The notes beneath the pieces were generated by a model. That model did no database searches, was not told where the DNA came from, and worked only from the letters and a program-made list of their open reading frames with translations. From positions 1 through 64,000 of IMG/VR virus record IMGVR_UViG_3300025127_000009: a stretch of DNA of 64,000 nucleotides. The stretch is one strand, 5' to 3'. This document shows positions 55,981 to 64,000 of this stretch, one piece after another (within the stretch, counting starts at the first letter, position 1; every line of letters begins with the position of its first letter). The position numbers and the translations under genes are program-made. Origin of the DNA: a virus.

Positions 55981-58900
55981 TTATTCTAAATCTTCGCACA
56001 TACCCATCGGCTCTTCTGGTGGCTCTTCTGGCTTTTCTTCTGGACATGGTTGATCTTCGCAACCATTTTCTCTCTTTAATCTAGCATGCTCTTCGCCAGA
56101 AAGTTCCCCAACAGACAACGCTAACAAACCTGGCGGACCCATAAATTGGCCATACCTTTCGGACTTATCTAGAGGAATTGGAACACCTGGCAAAGGAAAT
56201 AGATTAATAAAATGTTTTGCTGGCGTTATCATATTCTTTGCTGTTTTGAAAAAGTTTATAAATGGTGGCCACGGTGAAAGTGCTATAGAAAATATTATAT
56301 CTAGAGGAAACATCGTGGCCGGAACATAAGTTTTACAAGCCTGACCTTTTCTTATTCCAAAACCATTGTTAAGTTTGTTTCCTTTGTATTTAGGAGAAAA
56401 TCCTGACCGCATGGGTACACCTAATAATCCTGGCCTTAATCCAGACTTCATAGAACAAGGGTCTTCCATGTACTGTTCTTTCATATCTTTATACCCAGGA
56501 TCAGCAGTTTCGGCTACCTGTCTTATTGCTGCAAAAGCAGCCTGCGGAATCATCTTTGCCAACTGCTTCCAAATCATTTTCCATATATCGCCTATACCCG
56601 GCTCACCACCGCCCATGTTATCATTCATGGTTGCCATTGCATTTTTAGGCAAATTAAAACCTGTAGATGCAACAATATCATTCATCAAAACTATGTTTTG
56701 AACTATAAATAGTTTTGTTGCTGTCAATAATTCTTGTGTTTGTGCTTGAGAATCAAAAATTAAAACATTTTGCATTAAATGCATAGCCGCATAACGATCT
56801 AAAGGAAAAAGAAAATCAAACATCAACCTGTGAGGTTTCATTATCTCTTCTGGGGTGTTATTTTCTTGCTTTTTCGTGTCTTTAATTTTCCAACACTTAA
56901 CGTATGAAGCCTCGTCCTGATCTTCTCGCTTAGGTTTAACCTCCATAGACAGAAGATCCTCCAATAAAGAGTCCTCATATTCTTCGAAAAGTCCTCGATT
57001 AAAGAAGTTTTCGATATTTTCGAAGAAATTATCAGTTACAGCATCTCTAGGAGACAAAGTGTTTATAGTGTTTTTTCCTGTCCTTTTGCGTAGCAAATCT
57101 GAAAAACATTCTATAGGCTTTGCAATTTCATCTATTGGTATAGAATAAACCAGATTATCCATTATTTCAGTTGTAACTGGAGCCATCATAAAAGATGTTT
57201 CATCGGCTATTTTAGAAGTGTGTGCTTTCGTTATTTTTAAAGCGTTTTTATAAAATATAGAACTTTCATTCAAACTGCCTCCACTGTAAACTGGTTCAGG
57301 ATCTACATGTCCCAAAAAGCATCTTTTTTTAGTAAAAACGTTTCTGTTTGATGCTAAGCCAAGTCCAGAGTTCACGGGATCAAATCTAAGGGTTTGGTTC
57401 TCTTCTACTGCAGGAAATAAATCTCCATATATTTGTGACGGCTTTATTGTGTTTATTTTTGTAGCATCAAAACCTGTCTGTTCTTCTCTCTTGACTTTGT
57501 GACCAAACATTAATCGATAGCCAATTTGTAAATTTTCTTCAAGATGATTTACTATTCGTTGCCTTCTAGAGACAATGTATTCATCTTCTACAAGATAATT
57601 TGAGTTAATTGTTGGCTGATTTAAAACTCCTGGAGCGTTTCTATTTTCTGTTATTATTTGTCTTGGTATAACGCTGGGGATAAATACTCTAGAAATATAA
57701 TAATCCAAAACGTTCTTTTGAGCGAAATCAGTTTCTACATACTTGGGGGTACCATAACCTCCGAAGGATATTTTTCCGTTGGTTTTCCATCGCCACCAGG
57801 CGGCGCGATTATGAGCGGGCCAGAAGTCATTAGGATATTCCACTGATAAACTTGCAAATCTTAATATATTGTGGACTTTTTCGGTTCTTTCATCCATATC
57901 TCTATCGCTGAGTCTTATTCGATCTGGACTTTTTCTAAAGATAACTCTGTTACCTGGTAGCCCCATTCTACCGGTTGACGTTTGCCAACTGGGATCGTTA
58001 ATGGGCCAATAAGTTTTAAGTTCTGCAAATTCTAGCAAACAATCAATAAATATTTCAATTTTTCTGCGCAAAGGCAGTGACCTAGCCTCCTGACTAAGGT
58101 TTGAGTTTTCTGTAAAAGCCTTTGCAAACCAATAATAATCTTTTATGTTGTCTCCAAAATTTCTTCCAGCATAAGTGTTATATTTTTGTATGGCGCTATT
58201 TTCTGGAAAGATACTGCTTGGCTGTCTTGGCCAAGTAGTGCTTCTTTGAAATTCCGGCAGTCGTGATTCCCAATCAGAGGTTTCTGGATCTGAAGGGTTA
58301 TAATACCTGTTTTTATAAGCAAAATATGTCGAGTGAGCAGGCTGTATTCTTCTGTACGCCCTGTCGTAAAGTTGTTCTTTAGTAACACTACCTGCCCTGT
58401 AAAAACTATCAAATTCTGTAAATGATGTTCTGCCGCCTTCGGACATCTCTCTAGGTGTATCGTATGGACTTTGACTGATTTCACCCTCCTCTGCAATCAC
58501 GGTAACGCCATCGTTCGCATACACTGTTTCTTCGATTGTGAAAGAATTTCGATCTCTTACTCTTGACACACCTCTCAAATATGGTCTTTGCCAGTGAGTT
58601 TCGTTTGTTGTAATTCTTGTTGCGCGAACGCTTCCATCATCATTTGTTAATCGTCGAGCAGACATTGGTGCTTCTGGGTCATCCGATGTAGAGGCGACAG
58701 GTGCTAAAACAACATTAGTTGCCCCTGTTGTGAGTTTGCCGGGGTCGCCGTGACCAGTCATCACCAATCTTTCTCGATTTGAATTTTCGTAACGAGCGGC
58801 GATTCCCAAATCATACATAATTTGATATGCTAAACAGTTTTCATCTCTGATCTGATGGAGATTAGGGTGCTCCGATTGCCACATACTTTCTTTGTGTGGA

Positions 58901-61900
58901 ACAGTTTTTGTTGGTTCTGGGGGCGGTACTACAGCCGGTGGTATACCGAGTCCAACTTCGGGCTCGGGTTGCTTAAGAGAATCAACTAAGCCAGTTGTTT
59001 CAATAGCAGCGAAATATTGCGTCAACAAACTTAAAAAGACATGTTCTATAAATTCATATTCTGCAAAATTTCTATCTGCAGTTGCTAGCGCAGAATCAAC
59101 CAATTCTTCATCTGAAGCCCTGTTGGGTTGTCCATAAAGTAAGTTTATTAGATCTTCTGATGAAAGATATTCTGAATAATAATTCGCGCCTGTTGTATCT
59201 AAACTTGGAATTTTTCTATATGTATATTGTTGAAGAGTGCTAGATTCTGTATAATTTTTAACCTCATTGTAAATTGAGGAGAATTGTTCGAAGTTACCAA
59301 TTCTATAAAATTTTTCAATCCAGAAGTGACCAGAGTTTATTTTTTTGTTTATAGTCTCTTCATCAAAACCTTGAAATCTAAATTTATCTCTCAAGTTTGG
59401 AAGCATCAAACTTGCTGGAACTTCCGCTACATCTCCAGCACCATAAATAAAGTCTCCAAAGTTACGGTCATCTACAACTGTTCTTCCTCTTGGTAAATTG
59501 CCATAATCTTCAAAAACTCCGCGCAGCGATTCTGATAATAGGTTTTCTCTTCTTCTTTGTACTACAACTTTTGGATAATTTGTTGCGCTTGGTATGTGCT
59601 TTGCATTTTTTGCTAAGTCGTTATAAAATTTTTCTTTGTAAGAAGAACTATCATTTTCAAAAACTCTATCAACAAAATCTACCATTTTCTTCATGTCTAA
59701 GTTTCTTAAAACCATCGACTCTAGTGCTTCATCGTTGTCGTCAATGTTAGTTAATCTTTTCAAGATAGAGAATATTTGATTTCTAGTTTTTCTTTCTACT
59801 AAAGCATTTTTAAAGTCATTAGAAATTGTATCAACAAGATAATCCATTACGAATCTTTGATCAAACATTCTTTCAGCACCGAAACTTGAAAACATGAATA
59901 TACCTTTTAGCATAATCTCTAAGCCTGCCATAGTAACATAAACCTTAAACAAGCCTGATATCATTGCATCTTCATACGGACCATTTACATTAAAATCTCG
60001 GTCTACCGGATCGTGTTTTATTTTTGCAACTTCTGTTTTGTATCCTTGCAAAAATTCTTGCACCATCTTTTCAAAATCAATTGCTTTTTTATTTAATATG
60101 TAACAAGGAACCCCGTCTACATCACTGACAAAGTACAATCTCGTTAAATCATCTTTTAATTGTAAAAGTTCATCGTAGTTAAAATACTTTGATTGTTTTA
60201 TTATCTGCGAGATAGAGAAATTAATAGAATCAGAAACTGAAGAATATAACGGGTTGTTAGACAGTCTGCTTTCTAGCAATTGTTCTGCTAACTCTCCAGT
60301 TAAAACCTTGTTGTTTATTGCCTCAAGGCCATTTATCGTTCTAAACTGGCTAAAAGCGTCGTCAACCAGCGTTTGATCTGGGTTTGCGATATATCCTTGG
60401 ATTGCTGGCCTTATATTAGTGTTGGTGGGAGAACCGTGATCATTGTAAGTATCAAAACTATTGTTTTGAGAACTTTCATCTCCAAGGCTCTTATATTTTT
60501 CTATCAGTATCTCGGCAAAACCTCCTGGTCTCAATAGTTTGTGCTGGTGTATGGTAGATCTAACGTCTAATGACTCTTTTCTAAACTGCTGATATTCAGG
60601 CTTTAAATCTTCGCTATACACTCTGTTAAAGTAAGACCTATTACTCCTAAACACACTTGGTATGTTTGAGTATGAAAACCTATAACAGTCTTTTGCTTTA
60701 AAACCCCTCTTAAAAGGCAACTCAGAATACCCCACAGAATATCTAGCCGGTACGTTTGATGTTGATTCAATTCTTGTTGGTTCTCCTCTTACGGGTTCTG
60801 TCATCAATCTAACATGCAATTCTCTTACATTATCTGCAGATCCAGGGAACTTTCTTGTAATTGTTGTTTGATCTAACTTTACGATACTTTTTAATTTAGC
60901 CATTATGTCTGGATCTTGTATTTGATATTTTTGCACGTATCCTATAACGTATTTCTCTATTAGTTCACCAAACTCTTGCACTTTTTCAAATTGAAGTTCA
61001 CCCTCGTCCTCGTTGCTAGGTATTAACACATCTGGATAAAATTCATTTCCTTCCGCGTCTTCCTCTTTGTCTTCGGCCTTTGTGACATAAAATCTCATAT
61101 ATTGTCGATCATTCTCCGGAATACCCATTTCATCAAAAAAATCATTTGCCTCTGCTAGTGTGCTTGGATCTGCATCTATTTGATTATCGTTTTCGTCAAG
61201 GTACTCAACATTACAAGGCTTAAGTTTATGTATCTTTCTCGCAGTAAGCGGCGGGTCTTGTTGAAGGTTGTCAACCTGCTTAAGATAAAAAACATACATT
61301 GTATAGTCTAAAGCATTAAATCTAGGTTCGCCTGGTTGAACCAATTTGGTTGATCTAGACATTAGTAAATTTGGAAACGCTGCTATTTCTACATCAAAAT
61401 ATGATTTGATATTATCAATTAAAGTCTCAACCGACATCTTGACTAACCTGTCGTGCATCGGATTGTTGTACGGCCCCGGAAGACCGGCGTCTTTAAGGTC
61501 GTTATAATTTGTACCTGGTATCAGGCCACTTAGATCGCCCGTTCTCGCCAAGTCCTTCATGATGTCTCTTCTCTCTGCTGCTTTCTTTAATTCAGCAGCA
61601 ATTTCCTCTGGAGATGCTCCAACATCATCTAATAATTTTCTTATATCTCTTTCTCCGCCTTGACCACCTCCTTGACTATCGCCAAAACCACCACCAGTAG
61701 TTCCATCTTCAGGAGGACAAAGATCATTTGCTACAATCACATCATCTAATTCTTTAATCCTAGCACACATATTGGGATCAACAACTTGCCCTAAAGTTTG
61801 AAAGAACATAAAAACATCTTCTCTTGTCGATAAGACAGACGCTAAACTGGAAGAAGTTGCCTGTATAACGTTCAGTACAACTACTAGCACCTCTTCGCTT

Positions 61901-63999
61901 GCTTGGCCTTCCAACAAGGAACAAAGTTCATACGGAGTTAATACAAGACTTATTTTATCTAAAAGAGTAGCAACGGAATCTTCTGATTCACTGTTAAGAA
62001 CTGAGGGTGGTAATCCCATATTTTTCAAAGTGTCTGCTGTCTTTTCGTATAGACTTGCTTTTTCTTCAGCGTTAGCAAAAGGATTGTCTTCATTCTTTTT
62101 GTTGATATCAGATAAGGCCATCGCACCAAATTTTAGTAAATCAGCACAATCAGGTAACCTTATAGAATCTAAAATCATTTTAATAAGTGCGCACAAAAAT
62201 GCCATAATCATATCTGCTATCAGAATTTTTATTTGAGGTATTATAAACTGTAATGGGTCAAAAGATGGCATCTTTGGAAGTTTTGGTAGTTTCCAATTAA
62301 ACTCAAAATTCCAAGGACCTATCATTGGAACACACTTTAAAAAGTCACAAAGTATATAAGACATGTTCCATCTATTTAAAAACTGATTCCACATCTCTTC
62401 TATGTCGCAAGGAATCTTGCCAAAATCAGGAACTAAATCTGCTGTCACAATTGATCCGCCTTTTTGTTCGAAAAAAGTAGATTCCATAAGTGAATTTACG
62501 TTTCCTTCAAGCAACTTTGCAGCCTCTTCAAATTCCTGAGCGGCTGTTAGTAAACTTCCAGGATCAAAATTTATTTTTAAATCAACTAGAGGTTCTGTCT
62601 TTTGATTAAAACTAAAAGATATTATTGGCCAATGATATTTGGCAAAAAACTCAACCGCAGGAGAAGATATTAATTCAACACAAGGATTAACAGTAGCCAC
62701 CTCGCTTGCCATCTCATCAAGCGATACTAAATAGCCCATAATTGTCGGTGAAGTAAAAGGCTCCTCACTATTAAAACTTGGTATACCAGTTGTTAGTTCT
62801 TCGACCTCTCCAGATGAATGTAGATAGTTTATTTTAATAATTCGATATCCAACAATGGTGCCGAAGGTTGGACCCTGTTTTGGTCGCTCATCTAGGTTTG
62901 GAGACAAGTCTTCGTTTTCTGGTATTGATGCTGGAATATTTTTTCTAACCGGTGCAAAGAATATCTCTATTTTGTCACTTGAAAGAGGGCTTACAAGTAT
63001 AGAATAACCATTTGCTGCCATAAAACCACCAAGCGCTACTTGAACTGCTGCGAGTCTGTCTGCTTCGCTTTCAGGGTTAAAGTACGGTGTAATTGCATCT
63101 TTAGGCTTTTTGAAAGGAGACGCTTTTTCTACTCTAGGTTTATTTTTTAGTCTGAATTCTTTAATATCTGGCGCGAATGCCCTTATCTTTTCTGAAACAG
63201 CCAGTATGTTTGGTACAAAATTGCTTAACTTGTACGTAACCCTCACTGGATTTGAAAGCGCCAATTGCATTCTTTTTGATGCCATATCTGCTGCTTGGGA
63301 TGCTGCCCAGGCATCGTTACCAGGACCACCAAAAAACCCTCCTCTTCCAGATGTTGCGTCGGCCCAAGCATTTTTTAATGCATTTTTTCCAGCCTGTTCC
63401 AGTTTTCTCTTTTGACCTTTAGCCCACTTATCAACAGAGTCTTTAAATCTTCCAGCACCATCCCTCAAAAAGTCGCTTGTAAAAGGTTTTTTTAAGTCAT
63501 TAACTATAAAATCTTTGGCCTTGTTGAACCCATCTTCTGCCTCGTCTAAAGCATTACCAATTGCTTCATAGGTTGCTGGGTCTGCTAAGTTTACAGTGCC
63601 TCCAAGACGCCCTCTTTTGCCACCCCTTATTAAATCAAAAAGATCTCTTCTTATTGAAATCTTAATAGAATAAGTTGAACTAGGCCTAAAAGTTGGGTAC
63701 ATGATTTCTGTTACTGATGCAAATATCGGGGTAGCACCTGGCGTAAGATCTTGTCCAAAGAGAACATCAATCTTTTCTCCGTTTAACTGTTCGTTTAAAT
63801 CCATCCTATCCACCGTAAAGGTGAATCTCTGATTTTGCCTAAACCTATCTGATCTGTTTTGATATTGAACTATTTTTTCATACTGTTTTCTTTCATAATC
63901 TCCATCGTCACCTATTAGTTCATATAAGGCGTCCAGCCCCTCTGTACGTGGCGCTCCATCAACAACCCAAGTTGTATCTTTGCCATAAAAATCAAAAAC
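55981..63999 (-). CDS. Very large unknown protein (>2,670 aa), 5'-truncated by the window edge
   Basis: The frame has no stop from the track's GTG (63813) to 63999 (checked codon by codon); mostly helical, with many scattered Cys. Confidence 0.8.
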   Translation of the reverse strand, partial: VFDFYGKDTTWVVDGAPRTEGLDALYELIGDDGDYERKQYEKIVQYQNRSDRFRQNQRFTFTVDRMDLNEQLNGEKIDVLFGQDLTPGATPIFASVTEIMYPTFRPSSTYSIKISIRRDLFDLIRGGKRGRLGGTVNLADPATYEAIGNALDEAEDGFNKAKDFIVNDLKKPFTSDFLRDGAGRFKDSVDKWAKGQKRKLEQAGKNALKNAWADATSGRGGFFGGPGNDAWAASQAADMASKRMQLALSNPVRVTYKLSNFVPNILAVSEKIRAFAPDIKEFRLKNKPRVEKASPFKKPKDAITPYFNPESEADRLAAVQVALGGFMAANGYSILVSPLSSDKIEIFFAPVRKNIPASIPENEDLSPNLDERPKQGPTFGTIVGYRIIKINYLHSSGEVEELTTGIPSFNSEEPFTSPTIMGYLVSLDEMASEVATVNPCVELISSPAVEFFAKYHWPIISFSFNQKTEPLVDLKINFDPGSLLTAAQEFEEAAKLLEGNVNSLMESTFFEQKGGSIVTADLVPDFGKIPCDIEEMWNQFLNRWNMSYILCDFLKCVPMIGPWNFEFNWKLPKLPKMPSFDPLQFIIPQIKILIADMIMAFLCALIKMILDSIRLPDCADLLKFGAMALSDINKKNEDNPFANAEEKASLYEKTADTLKNMGLPPSVLNSESEDSVATLLDKISLVLTPYELCSLLEGQASEEVLVVVLNVIQATSSSLASVLSTREDVFMFFQTLGQVVDPNMCARIKELDDVIVANDLCPPEDGTTGGGFGDSQGGGQGGERDIRKLLDDVGASPEEIAAELKKAAERRDIMKDLARTGDLSGLIPGTNYNDLKDAGLPGPYNNPMHDRLVKMSVETLIDNIKSYFDVEIAAFPNLLMSRSTKLVQPGEPRFNALDYTMYVFYLKQVDNLQQDPPLTARKIHKLKPCNVEYLDENDNQIDADPSTLAEANDFFDEMGIPENDRQYMRFYVTKAEDKEEDAEGNEFYPDVLIPSNEDEGELQFEKVQEFGELIEKYVIGYVQKYQIQDPDIMAKLKSIVKLDQTTITRKFPGSADNVRELHVRLMTEPVRGEPTRIESTSNVPARYSVGYSELPFKRGFKAKDCYRFSYSNIPSVFRSNRSYFNRVYSEDLKPEYQQFRKESLDVRSTIHQHKLLRPGGFAEILIEKYKSLGDESSQNNSFDTYNDHGSPTNTNIRPAIQGYIANPDQTLVDDAFSQFRTINGLEAINNKVLTGELAEQLLESRLSNNPLYSSVSDSINFSISQIIKQSKYFNYDELLQLKDDLTRLYFVSDVDGVPCYILNKKAIDFEKMVQEFLQGYKTEVAKIKHDPVDRDFNVNGPYEDAMISGLFKVYVTMAGLEIMLKGIFMFSSFGAERMFDQRFVMDYLVDTISNDFKNALVERKTRNQIFSILKRLTNIDDNDEALESMVLRNLDMKKMVDFVDRVFENDSSSYKEKFYNDLAKNAKHIPSATNYPKVVVQRRRENLLSESLRGVFEDYGNLPRGRTVVDDRNFGDFIYGAGDVAEVPASLMLPNLRDKFRFQGFDEETINKKINSGHFWIEKFYRIGNFEQFSSIYNEVKNYTESSTLQQYTYRKIPSLDTTGANYYSEYLSSEDLINLLYGQPNRASDEELVDSALATADRNFAEYEFIEHVFLSLLTQYFAAIETTGLVDSLKQPEPEVGLGIPPAVVPPPEPTKTVPHKESMWQSEHPNLHQIRDENCLAYQIMYDLGIAARYENSNRERLVMTGHGDPGKLTTGATNVVLAPVASTSDDPEAPMSARRLTNDDGSVRATRITTNETHWQRPYLRGVSRVRDRNSFTIEETVYANDGVTVIAEEGEISQSPYDTPREMSEGGRTSFTEFDSFYRAGSVTKEQLYDRAYRRIQPAHSTYFAYKNRYYNPSDPETSDWESRLPEFQRSTTWPRQPSSIFPENSAIQKYNTYAGRNFGDNIKDYYWFAKAFTENSNLSQEARSLPLRRKIEIFIDCLLEFAELKTYWPINDPSWQTSTGRMGLPGNRVIFRKSPDRIRLSDRDMDERTEKVHNILRFASLSVEYPNDFWPAHNRAAWWRWKTNGKISFGGYGTPKYVETDFAQKNVLDYYISRVFIPSVIPRQIITENRNAPGVLNQPTINSNYLVEDEYIVSRRQRIVNHLEENLQIGYRLMFGHKVKREEQTGFDATKINTIKPSQIYGDLFPAVEENQTLRFDPVNSGLGLASNRNVFTKKRCFLGHVDPEPVYSGGSLNESSIFYKNALKITKAHTSKIADETSFMMAPVTTEIMDNLVYSIPIDEIAKPIECFSDLLRKRTGKNTINTLSPRDAVTDNFFENIENFFNRGLFEEYEDSLLEDLLSMEVKPKREDQDEASYVKCWKIKDTKKQENNTPEEIMKPHRLMFDFLFPLDRYAAMHLMQNVLIFDSQAQTQELLTATKLFIVQNIVLMNDIVASTGFNLPKNAMATMNDNMGGGEPGIGDIWKMIWKQLAKMIPQAAFAAIRQVAETADPGYKDMKEQYMEDPCSMKSGLRPGLLGVPMRSGFSPKYKGNKLNNGFGIRKGQACKTYVPATMFPLDIIFSIALSPWPPFINFFKTAKNMITPAKHFINLFPLPGVPIPLDKSERYGQFMGPPGLLALSVGELSGEEHARLKRENGCEDQPCPEEKPEEPPEEPMGMCEDLE

Positions 64000-64000
64000 A

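Noticed and set aside
19-63415. Many plus-strand ORFs and short alternative-frame minus-strand ORFs in the track
   Set aside because: They lie inside long, motif-bearing minus-strand genes and read as antisense shadows (Ser/Phe/Leu-rich); none shows a recognisable family
1-64000. Alternative genetic code (stop recoding)
   Set aside because: Core genes are full length in code 11 and end in TAA, TAG or TGA, with tight gene packing
1-64000. tRNA, rRNA or other structured RNA genes
   Set aside because: Intergenic gaps are at most about 130 nt and no cloverleaf or rRNA-like sequence was seen; a tRNAscan/Infernal run would be decisive

Overview
The window is a segment of a large T4-like contractile-tailed bacteriophage genome, about 64 kb of near-contiguous genes all on the minus strand and intact in the standard code. 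In transcription order (right to left) it holds: a >2,670-aa unknown protein running off the right edge; baseplate genes (gp25-like, gp6-like, a DNRLRE-like protein and a 5,534-aa gp7/gpI-like giant with LamG domains, a 7-blade FG-GAP propeller and repeated inserted modules); several more large virion proteins; a small DNA-metabolism island (J-domain protein, RuvC-like resolvase, primase, fused Mre11-Rad50); a holin/spanin-like cassette; terminase, portal and prohead protease; a phage ribosomal protein bS21; a putative internal head protein; scaffold; major capsid protein; and a decoration protein. Most genes have Shine-Dalgarno sites, there are two intrinsic terminators near the left end, and a recurring AACTATTTATT-type motif precedes several genes. 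The most notable signals are bS21 inside an SD-rich head module, the modular 16.6-kb baseplate gene, an apparently split tail-collar domain, and an unannotated 28-aa Cys-Cys peptide with a hairpin upstream of the protease. Family calls come from motif recognition by eye; no database searches were run.
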